Positions 23,922 through 38,192 of a DNA stretch of 64,000 bases are shown in pieces. Source of the DNA: Mobula hypostoma (taxonomy: Eukaryota). A program made the position numbers and the translations under genes. The notes below the pieces were generated by a model. The model did no database searches. It worked only from the letters and a program-made list of their open reading frames with translations, and was not told the DNA's origin. Location of the stretch: assembly GCF_963921235.1 (NCBI RefSeq), contig NC_086097.1, positions 121,150,001-121,214,000 on the forward strand. Direction: 5' to 3'. How positions within the stretch are numbered: the stretch's first letter is position 1; every line of letters starts with the position of its first letter.

Positions 23922-25290
23922 ATGCTAGAGTCAGTTATCAAAGATGTGATAACAGCACATTTGGAAAGCGGTGAAATCACCAGACAAAGTCATCACGGAT
24001 TTATGAAAGGAAAATCATGTCTGACAAATCTCATAGAATTTTTTGAGGATGTAACTAGTAGAGTGGATAGGGGAGAACCAGTGGATGTGGTATATCTGGA
24101 TTTTCAAAAGGCTTTTGACAAGGTCCCACACAGGAGATTAGTGTGCAAACTTAAAGCACACGGTATTGGGGGTATGGTATTGATGTGGATAGAGAATTGG
24201 TTAGCAGACAGGAAGCAAAGAGTGGGAATAAATGGGACCTTTTCAGAATGGCAGGCAGTGACTAGTGGGGTACCGCAAGGCTCAGTGCTGGGACCCCAGT
24301 TGATTACAATATATATCAATGATTTAGACGAGGGAATTAAATGCAGCATCTCCAAGTTTGCGGATGACATGAAGCTGGGCGGCAGTGTTAGCTGTGAGGA
24401 GGACGCTAAGAGAATGCAGGGTGACTTGGATAGGTTAGGTGAGTGGGCAAATTCATGGCAGATGCAATTTAATGCGGATAAATGTGAGGTTATCAACTTT
24501 GGTGGCAAGAACAGGAAAACAGATTATTATCTGAATGGTGGCCGATTAGGAAAAGGAGAGGTGCAACGAGGCCTGGGTGTCATTGTACACCAGTCATTGA
24601 AAGTGGGCATGCAGGTACAGCAGGCGGTGAAAAAGGCAAATGGTACGCTGGCATTCATAGCATGAGGATTCGAGTACAGGAGCAGGGAGGTACTACTGCA
24701 GTTGTACAAGGCCTTGGTGAGACCACACCTGGAGTATTGTGTGCGGCTTTGGTCCCCTAATCTGAGGAAAGACATTCTTGCCATAGTGGGAGTACAAAGA
24801 AGATTCACCAGATTGATTCATGGGATGGCAGGACTTTCATATGAAGAAAGACTGGATGAACTAGGCTTGTACTCATTGGAATTTAGAAGATTGAGGGGGG
24901 ATCTGATTGAAACGTATAAAATCCTAAAGGGATTGGACAGGCTAGATGCAGGAAGATTGTTCCCGATGTTGGGAAGTCCAGAATGAGGGGTCACAGTTTA
25001 AGGATAAAGGAGAAGCCTTTTAGGACCGAGATTAGGAAATACTTCTTCACACAGAGAGTGGTGAATTTGTGGAATTCTCTGCCACAGGAAACAGTTGAGG
25101 CCAGTTCATTGGCTGTATTTAAGAGGGAGTTAGATATGGCCCTTGTGGCTAAAGGGATCAGGGGGTATGGAGGGAAGGCTGGTACAGGGTTCTGAGTTGG
25201 ATGATCAGCCATGATCATACTGAATGGCGGTGCAAGCTCGAAGGGCCGAATGGCCTACTCCCACACCTATTTTCTATGTTTCTATGTTTC
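23922..25290 (+). mobile_element. Young 5'-truncated CR1 LINE (RT and 3'UTR)
   Basis: YLDFQKAFDKV, GVPQGSVLGP, KFADD; (TTTCTATG)n tail; close paralogue at 61181-62736. Confidence 0.95.
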
Positions 25291-26494
25291 ATACAACCCA
25301 GAGATTAGTTTTCTACTGGCATACTTAACAAATCTATAGAACAGTAACTGCAAACAGGATCTATAAACTGTAAACAAACTGCTTACAGATAATAAATAAA
25401 TGGCAATAAATAATGAGCATAAAATGACATGGTAAGACTCGTTAAATAAGTATAGCTTTGTTCAAGAGCCTGATGGTTGAGGGGTAGCGACTGTTCTTGA
25501 ACTTGGTGGTGTGAGTTCTGAGGTTCTTGTATCTTCTATCTGATGGCAGCAGCAAGAAAAGAGTCTGGCCTCGGAGTTGAGCATCTTTGCATCAGGGAGC
25601 AGATGGAGGAACCTGAAGCACACACTCAATACTTTAACAACAGCTTCTTCCCCTCTCTGTCAGATTTTTGAATAGATCATGAAACACTAACTCCATGACA
25701 GACCGTCAGTGATAATCAAAGTAATTGATTTTGCAAAACACTTCAAAACTGTAACTTGACCCTGCACTATGTTGTCCAAATAGAGCCATCAAAAAATTAC
25801 CAAAACTCTAAACAAGAAACAGAAAAGGCTTGAATGGGATAGAAGCACATTATGTGTTGCTTTAAGAACATTCAAAAGCACATGTCAAGAGTTTTGAAAT
25901 ATAGTCATGTGAACACTATGAAGTAAGGACACCAAGGTCCCAAAAATACACAGGATGTATACCCAAATCTATTGGGTAGAACTCTCCTAATCATGAATAC
26001 CCACTTAACCACAAAAACAAAGTATCATTTTTTTTCACAAATGCCTGCAACTGCAATACTCATCAATGTATCAGGCTACCTCATTGTACTCAGCTTCTGG
26101 CTTGGCAGTAATCCTGTTAGTTGAGCTCCAAATGGCTGACCCTCCCTCCCATTCAAAGCGAAGAACGACTTGAGGTTCGGACAATTTGAGCGCCAGGCCA
26201 GAGTGAAATGGTCACGATGTTGGGGTCAGAGGCGAGAGACGGGCCGGTTTGGCTCACTGCGCTGCTGGGTTCACTTGTCTCTGTGCTGGACTGAGGCTAT
26301 GGCCTGAAACTAGTGGACTTCTGGTTGCAGTGATGCCTAGCTTTGTGAACTGTTATCATTTACTTCTATTGTTTGCACGATCTGTGTTTTTGTTCTTTCT
26401 CTGCACACTGGACTTCCTTTGTTTTTAATGGATTCCATTGGGGTTCTCTGGTTCCTGGCTGCCTGTAAGGAGGTGAATCTCAAGGTTGTATACA

Positions 26495-26812
26495 GCGCTG
26501 AAAAAGGAGGAATCTGATTGGAAAGGAGAGTGGATCATGGGAGAAAGGGGAAGAGGAGGTACCCCAGAGGGAGGTGATAGGCAGGTGAGAAGCAGAGAAA
26601 GTTTCAGAGGGGAGCCAGAATATGGAATGGAAAAGGAGAGAAGGGGGAAGGGGGAGCAATTACCACAAGTTGGAGAAATCAATAAGGTTGGAGGCTATCC
26701 AAACGGAAAATGGAGTTGCTCCACCAACCTGAGAGTGGCAGCATCACGGCAGTAGAGGAGGCCATGGACCGACATGATGAAATGGGAATGGGGAGTAGAA
26801 TTAGAATGGCTG
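26495..26812 (-). mobile_element. Old Penelope-like fragment (EN C-terminus and 3'UTR)
   Basis: Similar to ~10300-10620. Confidence 0.7.
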
Positions 26813-27344
26813 GCTTTTGGGCCTTCTCCTCAGGCAGTCTGTTGGGTTTGAGGATGATTTGATTTCACACAATTTTTTTGGAAATGAACACAGTAATATA
26901 CAAATTTTTTTAACAAGAGCCAGTCACCACAGTTCACACAGACCCCCTAGGTTCTGGAAAACAAACCAACATCAACATTCTCTCCCAGAACACCATCTCG
27001 AACATTGACACCCCCATTACACTCACCAGGCCTCGTCATTTAGATGCTAAAACCAGATTCATAAAACTGCGCTCTACTTCAGGTTCTATAGTAGGAAGAG
27101 ATTATGTTGCAGTCAAAGGAAAAGATTCAAGGACATTCTGGGAAGCTTCTTGAAAAAAAATACAATGACCCAAACTACTCATGGGAATTTCAAGCCCGTG
27201 ACACTCAAAATGAAGAAACAGCATTTGGTATTAAAATCCCGAAGTTCATGCCTTGGGGGTACACAGCATGACAAAATAATAACATAACACACCAGCATTA
27301 ATAACATAAGTACCACTTCATCTTTCAACCCACTGCTTACCGGC

Positions 27345-27839
27345 ATCTCCTTACAATATTACTCAAGTATTACAGAAATGTTAAATACACAACAGCTACC
27401 TTCAAATTTTTCATAGTTCCTGAGTTGTTCAAGTAGTTTCATTTTCACTACTGACCATTTCTGGCATCCCAAAGCCTGAAAGCTTGACACTGTAGTGAGC
27501 AAACCAGTTCAGAACTGTCTTGCTGCTCTTTCCTCTCCAACTATCAGAGACAACAAACACTGCTTTTTGACAAAAAACACATGCAACTGGTGCTACTTAA
27601 AAACTATACCCTCGAAGTACAGTGTAGTGTCCAACAGCCACACAAGTGCCCACAACTGATACTAGTTAGAACCAGTTCTGCAAAAGTCTCCTGCTCCAAT
27701 TAAGCAGCATAGTATCCAAAATAAATGAAGGAAAGGAATTCTGGCAATTTTCTTTGTTTAGTTTTGGTACTTTAAGAGTTATCCCAATCAAGCAGTTGCC
27801 CCTATTAACCAATGGCCAAATTAACCAGAATCCAAAGTA
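27345..27839 (-). mobile_element. Tigger/pogo-type non-autonomous DNA transposon fragment
   Basis: Reverse-complement similarity to ~44852-45290, including the terminal repeat. Confidence 0.65.
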
Positions 27840-30094
27840 CTTTGAAATATTAGGTGCTTTTACAACAACTTATAAATTATTTTTTGCCAAATATGTCAGG
27901 AATAATTATATAAAATTGAAATATACTATCATTTTTCTCACCATCTTTTTCCAATGTACTTAAAAACTTGGGATGTGGAAAGAACTGTAGTTCTTGCTTA
28001 CCTATGCCTTCCATAGAAGTAACCATACTAACTAAAGCAGCTGAGAAGTTGTAACACATACAAAAACGCACGTAAGACAGCAGTCATGGAGAGGAATAAG
28101 CAGTTGATGTTTTTTTATGCTGAGACCCTTCATCGTGACCTGAAATGCCTTGGCCCGAAATGTTGACTGTTTATTCCTCTTCATAAATGTTGCCTGACCT
28201 GCTGAGTTCCTTCAGCATTCTGCGTGTGTTTCTCAAGATTACCAGCAACTGGAGAATCTCTTGTGTTTATGAACATTTGTAATGATATGACAATGACAGT
28301 AGTGAAATAAAAACTTACATATGAGTAGCATCTTTCATGGCCTCGGATTTGATGACTCAGGAACCTCTCGGTGGACAGAAACCTCAACACTATAGGACCT
28401 TGCAAGATGAATATTTGTACCATTATGGGCTTGATATTGAATTTCAGTCCACAACTTTTAAATGACTTTCTAGTCTCAACTAGTAACAATAATGCTCCCT
28501 AAAAAGAGAAAAAAATACCAGGCTGCAACATGCTTTGCATTGCCTTTAAAAATTTTTTACTTGTTAGCTAAATGTCCTGTTAGGAGATGTCCAGATGTTG
28601 CCATCCCAATTCTTTTGGTCAAATGATGCAGTATAATCTTGCACAATTATTGTGCCAAAACTGGTTAAAAAAGTTACAATAAATTCATGGTAGAAAAAGA
28701 TAGAGTCCCACAAAGTAGGGATCCTACACATCTGAAGTGAAAGAAATGTTAATCTGGGTAGGATTTGTGGCTGTGGCAATCAATGCACAATAATATTCTC
28801 TGATTAACAAATGAACAATAAGCTCTCCACAATGGAAAAATACAGTGAAGTTGCTGGAATTGACTTTCAACTTAAAGATTCCACATGCACCAGCTTCCCA
28901 TTTTTAGACATGGGATTTTTAAAGAAATACATGGAGATCATTTAGGGATAAATTTACAACAGTTGAATCAACCAATCCCAGAGGAGCTACATTTAGCGTT
29001 AGATTCAAGATTCAATCTATTGTTTGTTTTATCAACCCAGACTGAAAATGGCAGAGGCAAAGTATAGACAGAAAAAAAAATGCAAAGCAATATTAAATTA
29101 GTAGGGATAAGGGACTCATAAAATAATTATCATGATTTCCAGTCTGAATTGCTGTCACCTGATATGCATTGAAGAGGAATAATACTAGTACATTTTCATT
29201 CCCATTATGGCGCAAGTTTGTAAAAGAAACCAACTATACAGCAATAAGTTCATAAATATTGCAATAGCTAATATAGATTACAAATAAAACCTGTACTTCC
29301 ACAATTTAAGCCGTTGAAATTCTGCAGTGCCACTACATGTCCTACATTTTGTGCCCAATTCAATTTTCACAGTAAACAATCTATCATTGATTATCAACCA
29401 CAATATCACTCTTTTAAGCTCAGCACACAGAATATCTCTGTGCTCCCAAGGAAAAACAGATTGCTCTGGATGCCTCTTATCCCTTGCACTTCAATTAAAT
29501 GGCTTAGGCAGCAAAATCAAAGATGCTCCCAGCACTGCAGAAAGCAATTTCTTCCGTTCGGATACACTACTTCTGCCAAGCCAATAATCATGCATGATCA
29601 TCTCCATATGTATAATGCTCCACAATGATCTGAATCAAAGCATATGAAGTGTCGATATGGGAACAGAAACCACAATGAAGTTACTATAATAGTTCACTGG
29701 TACGTTCAGCAGGCAAGGGACAACCGGACTTGGTCAAACAAATTGATCACTGTTTTCTGCTCAGATTGTATGGAATACTTGTATACTTTATTGCAGTCAA
29801 TCAATATACTCCCCACCACACATCTATAGAAGTTTGTCAAAGTTTTAGATGGTATGCCAAATTGTCGCAAACTTCTGAAGAAGACAGCTACATTTGAATA
29901 AGTCCGTTTTAAAACTGTACTAATTACTTTTAGAATTATGTTAACATTACAATATCCTTACAATTGCTGAAGTGGCTAAGGGGAAGACCTGATAACTGTC
30001 TGGCTTCCTTTGCCAATGTAAAGTCTAATATAAGATAAATCTACAGTTGGAGGAAAGGTGAAATATTTTGGTTGGTTAAAGGTACTTAATTCTA

Positions 30095-31000
30095 GTCAAA
30101 AATGGCCCAACGCATCACTGGCACCAGCCCACCCTCCATCAAGTACAAGTATACAGAAAGGTACCCGAAAAGGGCCAGTAACATCATGAAGGATTCAACA
30201 CACCCTGCTCATGGACTGTTTGTCCCACTCCAGTCAGGGAAGAGGCTATGTAGCATCCGTGCCAGTACCACCAGAGTCAAAACCAGTGAAGCTGCTCAAT
30301 GCCTCCACCCACCAATTCCACCACCACTTTTTTTTATTTCTTTATGTACACTTTATGTACAACCTAGTCTCACTTTATGGACATACAAGCAATGTATATA
30401 AGCTATCTTATATAATTATATTTATTGAGATTTTTTTTAATTGTTACTGTGTTATCTTCTGCGGTTTTTTTATGCTGCAATGGATCCGCACTAACAATTA
30501 TTTTGTTCCTCTTACACTTCTGTACAGGAAATGATATTAAACAATCCTGAATTTTGATTAGTTTATAAATTAGGGTTATCAAGAACACCAACTACCTCAC
30601 CATTTTCAACATATTTCACTATATTTTATAATTAATAATCGAGGAGGAAGTACAGAGGCCTTAGGTCCCACGACAGCAGGTTCAGGAACAGTTATTACCT
30701 TACAACCATCAGGCTCCTGAACCAGCATGGGTAACTTCGCTCACCTCAACACTGAACGAATGCACAACCTATAAAGGACTCTACAACTCATGTTCTCAAA
30801 ATTATTATTTATTTATTCATTATTACTGTTTGTTTTGTATTTGCACTGTTTGATTTCCTTTGCACACTGGCTTTTGCCCATCTTCGTGTGTAGTATTTCA
30901 TCGACTCTGTCGTGTATCGACTGTGAATGCCTGCAAGGAAATGAATCTCAGGGACATTTACTATATGCACTTTTACAATAAACTTATTTTGAACTTTGAG
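30095..31000 (+). mobile_element. Two short Rex1/Babar 3' fragments in tandem
   Basis: AQRITG..RASNIMKDSTHPAHGLF; second copy has the AATAAA..TTTGAACTTTGA tail also seen at ~57530-57910. Confidence 0.7.
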
Positions 31001-31435
31001 TCATCCTTACAGTCACTCCAAGGAAGACTGCCAACTTCTGTACAACATTGTGTTGAAAAGTGAAGTGAGACTATGCTGTTTTCTCAATTTAAAAGCCTCA
31101 AGAAAATGTCAGTGGGTTCAATACCACCGCTTGGTAATATAATTTGTTTTTTTAAAATAAAATGAGAGTATATTCAAAGTTTAAACAGAATAACCTATAT
31201 TTCCCATGAAAAAAATCCTCCTAGTCAGGAAAAGAGATTGTTAATTTTGCAGCAAGTGTAGCATGATACTTTCAATACCAAATTCAACCTCAAAGCAGAT
31301 TAGGCTCTTATAAAATGACTATAATAGATGATACCTCCATGAGTTATATAAATATACTCAGGGACCAGGCTATTTTTAAAACTGCTGAGCAAGCCAAGAG
31401 CTTAAGTGCATTTTTCTTTGAAGTACCTCTCCATA

Positions 31436-32148
31436 CTTAGTGGCCACTCTATTAGGTACAACTGTACTGCTACTCGTTAATGCAAATAACTAATCAATCA
31501 TGTGGTGGTAATTCAATGCATAAAAGCATGCAAACATGGTCAAGAGATTCAGTCAACACACACAAAAAATGCTGGTGAACACAGCAGGCCAGGCAGCATC
31601 TATAGGAAGAGGTACAGTCAACGTTTCGGGCCAAGACCCTTCGTCAAGAGATTCAGTTATTGTTCAGATCGAACAACAGAATGGGAAAGAAATGTCATCT
31701 AAGTGACTTTGACTGTGGAATGATGGTGCCAGATGGGGAGGTTTAAGCATCTCAGAAACTGCTGATCTCCTGGAATTTTCATGCACAACAGTCTCTAGAG
31801 TTGACAGAAAATGAAGCAGAAAACACAAAAAAATCCAGTGAGCTGCAGTTCTGTGGGTGAAAATGCCTTGTTAACGGGAGAGGTTGGAGGCAAATGGCCA
31901 GACTGGTTCAAGCTGACAGGAAGGTGGCAGTAACTCAAATAACCTTAAGACTATAAGACCATAAAACAAAGGAGTAGAAATCGGCCATTCGGCCCATCGC
32001 GTCTGCTCTGCCATTTTATCATGAGCTGATCCTTGCATTACAACAGTGGTGTGCAAAATAACATCTCTGAATACAGAAAACATTGAAGCTATAGCAGCAG
32101 AAAACTACACTGGGGTGAAAACGGCACCTAATAATGTGGCCACTGATT
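31436..32148 (+). mobile_element. Tc1-type non-autonomous DNA transposon carrying Penelope and CR1-tail insertions
   Basis: TIR AGTGGCCACTCTATTAGGT / ACCTAATAATGTGGCCACT, TA on the left; second copy at 55712-56271. Confidence 0.8.
31554..31643 (-). mobile_element. ~90-bp Penelope 3'-terminal insertion truncated within the hammerhead core
   Basis: TSD CAAGAGATTCAGT at 31541-31553 and 31645-31657. Confidence 0.8.
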
Positions 32149-32679
32149 AAAAATGCTTCTCCTTCTTTCCTCAATGATTGCCCCACATCTTCACCGAGTC
32201 CATCATCACGGTCACCCTGAGCATGCAGGTTAGACATTAAAACAATGAAGCCTGGTCTCCTTACCAAGATAACAAATTACTTGCTCTCTGATTTCTCACT
32301 TCCCCAAAGGCACATGGTCAAAACTGGCAATGTGGTGGCAAAAGTAATCACACTAGCACAACTGCTGCTGCAAAGCGCCACAATCTAAGTAAATCTTTGT
32401 TAAGGCGATTCATTACATGGAAAGGAAACTATACTTGGCCATCAGCAATAAGGTCAAAGCTTACCCTGTTCTAGTCCCATAGGTTAGTTCAGTTGACCCA
32501 CCATTTGTACAGGGTGTCCACCACTAATCGGGAATGATTGGGACCTCTACAGTGCTGGATTAGTGATTTTGCTGAATCACAGGTGGTTAGGTTACGATTA
32601 AATAAATAAACACCTCTAACCCATTTGATGATCACCTCACCCTTGGATAAAGAAGAAAAAAAACAACAAATGAAAAGCA

Positions 32680-34535
32680 ATTCCTTCACAAATTCCTATA
32701 CTGGTCTGCCAGAATCAACTGCACTCAGCAGCTGCTTCATAAGCAGGGAGCAATATTTAGCCTTCAAAGAGCTAATATGCCATTGTCCAGGGATTGAATT
32801 AATGACGTACAGTTAGGTGGCAGGTAGATACTATACACATTATTCTTTACCAAGAGTTTGGCTTTTGGATGCGCAGAGCAATTATCTAAAATCAGCAGTA
32901 GCTTAAAATTTGTGTCCAGACCATCAGAGTCACAGAGAGCTCTTGCTTCTGGAATAAAGATCATTCCAACGTAAGCAACACACACTAAGTGCTGGAGGAA
33001 CACAGCAGGCCAGGCAACATCTATGGTAAAAATTACAGTCGACGTTTCGGGCTGAAACCCTTCAACAGGACTGAAGAAAAGAAACTGAGTAGATTTGAAA
33101 GGTGGGGGAAGGGGAGAGAGAAACACCTGGCAATAAGTGAAACAGAGGGGGAGGGGTGAAGCAAAGAAGCTGACTGGTGAAAGAGACAGAAGGCCATGGA
33201 AGAAGAAAGAAGGGGGGGGGGACGCACCAGAGGAGGCGATGGGCGGGCAAGGAGATAACATGAGGGAGGGACAGAGGGATGGGAAATAGTGATGGGGGGG
33301 TGGAGGCATTACGGGAAGTTTGAGAAATTGATGTTCATGCTATCTGGTTAGAGGCTACTCAAACGAAATATAAAGTATTGCTCCTCCAACCTAAGTGTGG
33401 CCCTATCCTGACAGTGGTGGAGGCCATGGATGGGCATATTGGAATAGGAATGGGAAATGGAATTAAAATGGGTGGCCACTGGGAGATCCCGCTTGTTCTG
33501 GCAGATGCTCAGCGAAGTGGTCTCCCAAGCTACATCGGGTCTCATCGATGTACAAGAGGCCACACCGGGTGCACCGAACACAATATATGACCCCAGCAGA
33601 CTCACAGGTGAAGTGCTGCCTCACCTGGAAGGACTGTTTGGGGCCATGAATGGTAGTGAGGGAGTCATCTACTGTATTTTTTTCCATACATGCTGCCTGG
33701 CCTGCTGAGTTCCTCCAGCATTTTGTATGTATTGCTTTGGATTTCCAGCACCTGCAGATATCCTCTTGTTTGTCATTCCAATGCAATGTCAGTTGTAATG
33801 CATCCTTTTCTGTTGGCATGATAATTTACTGGAAACTGCTTTGAAAGCTCTGGGATGTCAACTTTTGCTGATGACTAACAACTTACACCTGTGGGTTCCT
33901 GCAGCCCAACACAATGCCACGATCTTTGGATGCTTTATAGCCTGTTGGCAATTCTTCATCCTCGGTAGTCCACATTCGTCTTGGAGTACAGCGCCAATAT
34001 AACGCGGTTTCGTCCGCATTGCAGACTGACTCAGGACCTAAATTTTCATCAGAAACTAACTTAGCAAACCCAGCAGCTGCTTCCTTCTCTGCTGAACATG
34101 TTTCACAACACACTGCACAAAATGTTATGCTATGTCACTGCTTGAAACACTGAAGCCACCCTTCACTGTAGTCACACTCATAATCCAGTCCTAATTCTTC
34201 AGGACAAAATTTTGCTTGCTCATTCACCATTTCTCCTGACAGTTCTACCTTCACTGATGTGGATTTAAACCACTTTATGAGAACTTGATCTAGTTCTGAA
34301 CATCTTCCATCTTTCATCTTTCATTGTTTTCTTTATGGACATCTGTTTTTTTTTGATTTGCTGTCAGCAAAGAACTGAAGCAACTTTTCTTTTTGTTTCT
34401 TTATATCATAAACTGTGGAAGAGCCAATGTTATACAAGTCACATATGATTTTCACAGACACACCACTGTCAAGTTTTTTCAGAACTTCCACCTTATCTTG
34501 TATAAATAACATATGGTATTTGTGCTTCACACCAC
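32680..34535 (-). pseudogene. Degenerate Tigger/pogo (CENP-B/jerky-like) transposase
   Basis: Fragments 34333-34530 (HTH: KVEVLKKLD..IGSSTVYDIKK), 34135-34317 (LDQVLIKWF..SEGWL), 33883-34113 (NADETALYW), ~32764-32965 (LILDNCSAH, LPPNCTSLIQSLD); split by a PLE at 32975-33772. Confidence 0.9.
32975..33772 (-). mobile_element. Penelope-like foldback insertion: long minus arm with GIY-YIG remnant, short plus arm
   Basis: VIYCVRCTRCGLLYIDET; TSD TCATTCCAACGTAA (32961-32974) / TCATTCCAATGCAA (33773-33786). Confidence 0.88.
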
Positions 34536-34537
34536 AA

Positions 34538-34940
34538 TAAGACCATAAGACTAAGACAGAGGAGCAGAATTAGGCCATTGGGTCTATCGAGTCTGCTCCA
34601 CCATTTCATCATGGCTGATCTGATTTTCCTCTCAGCCCCAATCTCCATGCGTCCCCCTGTATCCCTTCATGCCCTGACCAATCAAGAATCTATCAACCTC
34701 TGCCTTAAATAAAGACCTGGCCTCCATAGCAGCCTGTGGCAATGAGTTTCACAGATTCACTACTCTCTGGCTAAAGAAATTCCTCCTCATCTCTGTTCTA
34801 AAAGGACACCCCTCTATTCTGAGGCTATGTCTTCTGGCCTTAGACTCTCCCACCATAGGAAACATCCTCTCCACATCTACCCTATCAAAGCCTTTCACCC
34901 CTCATTCTTCTGAATTCTAGTGAATACAGGCCCAGAGCTG
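34538..34940 (-). mobile_element. CR1 3' fragment
   Basis: TAAGACCA-type tail and reverse complement of the CR1 3'UTR. Confidence 0.8.
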
Positions 34941-37355
34941 CCCATGAAGCATAGGTCATGAAAATAAATGCAGAATAGCACAGAAGAACAACTTACTTCT
35001 TTTAAAGACCATGCCAATAGCTAACTCTGCTAATGGCACCACCAAAACAGAGGCAACGGATTGGCGCAGTGACATGGGAAATTTGAAATTCGGCTGGTGA
35101 AATTTATGTCCGAACCAGCGGTGGAACCGGATTGCTAGATTCGAGGCAGTCAAAGATGGCTCAACTGCAGGAGAATAATTGAACTAATTACCACACTATA
35201 ACTTAAAACCAACTCTCCCACCAAGTTCAGGCAATTAAGAGATGTGGTAATGAGTTGCAAAGTCACAAACTTACTGGTCAATATATATATGGCATTTGAT
35301 GGCATATAAATATATCTGCCTTTTCCTTCATACAGATAGCCCACAATCACAACTAACACTTAAGATGATCAAACCTGGTAGGAAAATGAAACTGACTGAT
35401 GCAAGTCTCCCAACAGATAACTGAAAGTATTCCAATAAAATTGAACACAATTGCCATCCTGAGGAAGAATGCCTTTTTATCAACAGAAGGTGATAGGGAA
35501 TTTTACCTTCCATATGTTGGATTTGGTAATACCCTGATACCATCAGATGAAGACAAGACAACGAAGGTCCAATATTATACATATCGGGTTGGAAAGGTTA
35601 GAGGCATTCACAGTATCAATCCTGGAATCTCAATTATTAGCAATCTGGTGAATCGTGGATACTGGTAGGTGACCCCACTGAAAAGGAATCACGGACCAGG
35701 CCATGGAAACTCCCCTCCGGATCCCTCAGGAAGATGGCTGAAAAGGTCTGGGAAGGTTTGGGCGCTCACAGTACAGGAGGTGGTGCAGCTGGGAAGGTGG
35801 GTGATTGAGTTGGGAGGATTTATGAAAAGGACAGGATCAGTGATATATTCGGGAGTGCAGAAGACTATTCAGGATTTTTTTTTACACTGAGAGTGATTGA
35901 TATCTGGAACATCCTGCCAGAGGTGGTAGTGAAATTGGATACAATATTTAAGCAGCATTTTATCAGACACTTAAATAGGCAAGGCATAGATGGATACACT
36001 CCTAATGCAGGCAAATGGGTTAGTGTGGATGGGAAAAATGGTAGTCATCAACATGGGACAAAGGGCCTGTTCCTGCACTTTACAACTCTATGGCTGTAAT
36101 GTTAATTAACCCTTCTTGCCAAGGAAGAGGCCAGTTCAATTGTCTCATTACTGCTTCATGGGGATTAAGATTTTTTAAATATTTCCATTGTCATTTTTCA
36201 CTCTTCTTCAAATCAATTTTCATATCTCTTTTTCTCACCAACTTGAAAACTAACTTACCTTGTGCATCCTACCTTCATTTCTCTCTCAGTCTTTAAGACT
36301 TAGCCGATAAGAAAATGCATTAGTGGTGCCAGGTTGCCCCAATATCCCAGTATCCTTGACACCCTCATGGAAATAAAAAGTTTCCACGGCCTCTGGTTAA
36401 CTGAGACCACTTTATTACCAGTGCAATCACATCTTTAATGGAACCAAACTCTTCAACGATTGACTAACACAAAACTGTCAAAAACAAGATAGTATTGATA
36501 CATTATGTTCATTACGTACTAAATATTGAACAAAATACCATGGATGCTTAGAGTAACATATACAAAACGCTGGAGGAACTCAGCAGATCAGGAACTGATG
36601 AAGAGTCTTGGCTCAAAGCATCAGCTCTTTATATCTCTTCAAAGACACCGCCTGAGTTCATCTAGTATTGTGTGTGTGTTACTCTGGAATTCCAGCATCT
36701 CCAGAATCTTTTGTGTGGATGCTTACTTGCTCTTTTATGAAATAATACCATTGAATCTTATGTCCGTTGTATGAGAGGGCTTTTGTTTAATACTTCATTC
36801 AAAAAATGGCACCTTTACATGTGCACAGCCTTGCAACTAGCAACAATATTTGACCAAATACATAAACATACACAATACTCTTGTTCTTTAAGATACCATA
36901 TTCTCCAAATATGCTCACCTCAAAAGCATCAATTGGCCTCAGTTTGGGTCAATTGCTGTCCACAGTCTACATACGTTTGTACTTCAGTAGACTCTTCACC
37001 TTAGGTTTCTTAGCTTAGAGCTGTAACCTTCAGGGTGAGATTTATTTTTCACAAGTCACTATTTACAAAAATTTATTTGGGCAAGACGCAGAGTATCTTA
37101 GAAAGTACTTTGGTGACTGCATAGCTTTGAGTACCATCATTCCAAAGCCAAATGCTGACCAAGAGTCCCAAGTTACAGGAGACACTTTCATGGAAACCAA
37201 GTTCCATATGATCAATGTAAAGACTTCTGGGTGGGCACTATGGTAAGAAACACACCATCAAGCACTAAAGATCATATTCTTACTCTAGAGATGTGTCCCT
37301 TGCATTGTACACGATATTATACCATTAGTTTCAACCAAACATACAGTACATTAAA

Positions 37356-37540
37356 ACAACACACACAAAATGCAGGAGGAACTCAGCAGGCCAGGCAGCA
37401 TCTATGGAAAATAGTAAACAGTCAACGTTTCGGGAAGGTCGACTGTTTACTCTGTTCCATAGATGCTGCCTGGCCTGCTGAGCTCCTCCAGCATTTTGTG
37501 TGTTGCTTGGATTTCTAGCATCTGCAGATTTTCTCCTGCA
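37356..37540. mobile_element. Palindromic Penelope-derived insertion
   Basis: ~37357-37426 pairs with ~37438-37505; TACATTAAA at 37347-37355 and 37551-37559. Confidence 0.8.
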
Positions 37541-37614
37541 GTGATTGGAATACATTAAACCTGCTTTTTGGAAATCTCAATGCAAGCAGCTTGGGCAATA
37601 GAACAACGGTATCC

Positions 37615-38192
37615 AAAGCACAAGAGATTCTGCAAATACCAAAAACTCCAAAGGAACACACACAACATGCTGTATGAATTTAGCAGGTCAGGCAGCATCT
37701 ATGGAGAGGAATACACAATCAATGATTCAGTGTGAGACCCTTCATCAAGACTGTAAGGAAGGGGAAGAAGTCAGAATAAGGTGGTGGAAGAGGAGGGAAG
37801 GAGTACAAGCTGGCAGCTGATAGCTGAGACCAGGTGAGCGAAAGGGGAAATTAAATCAGAAGCTGGGAGGTGATGGGTAGAAAAGATAAAGAGCTGAAGA
37901 AGAAACAATCTTGAATCAAGAGAAGAGTGAACCATGGAAGAAAAGGGAAGGAGGAGGGGTATCAGAGGGGAGCGGTAGGCAGGTTAGGAGAAGAGAAGGG
38001 TGAGAGGGGAGCCAGAATTCAGTTAGCTAGCTTTGGCTGAATAAACATTTGGCCAGAATGGCGAATGGAAAGAAGGGGAAAGGAGAAGAAATTACTGGAA
38101 ATTAGAAAACTCAATGTTCATGCCACCTCTAGCCTCAGGATAGATGCTAATCAGCCAGAATATGAGGTGTTGCTCCTCTAAACTGAGAGTGA
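37615..38192 (-). mobile_element. Old Penelope-like 3' fragment
   Basis: Reverse-complement similarity to ~13390-13900. Confidence 0.75.

Noticed and set aside
27400..27475. Apparent minus-strand exon ALGCQKWSVVKMKLLEQLRNYEKFE
   Set aside because: Lies in a repeat with another copy at ~45175-45265.
28319..28398. Minus-strand segment ending in GTAAGT (similar donors near 36257 and 19883)
   Set aside because: Weak acceptor or in-frame stops, no recognisable peptide; cannot be distinguished from chance.
32764..33309. 181-aa ORF as a domesticated Tigger (TIGD/JRK) gene
   Set aside because: N-terminal part is translated PLE 3'UTR; the transposase has several frameshifts and a TE insertion.
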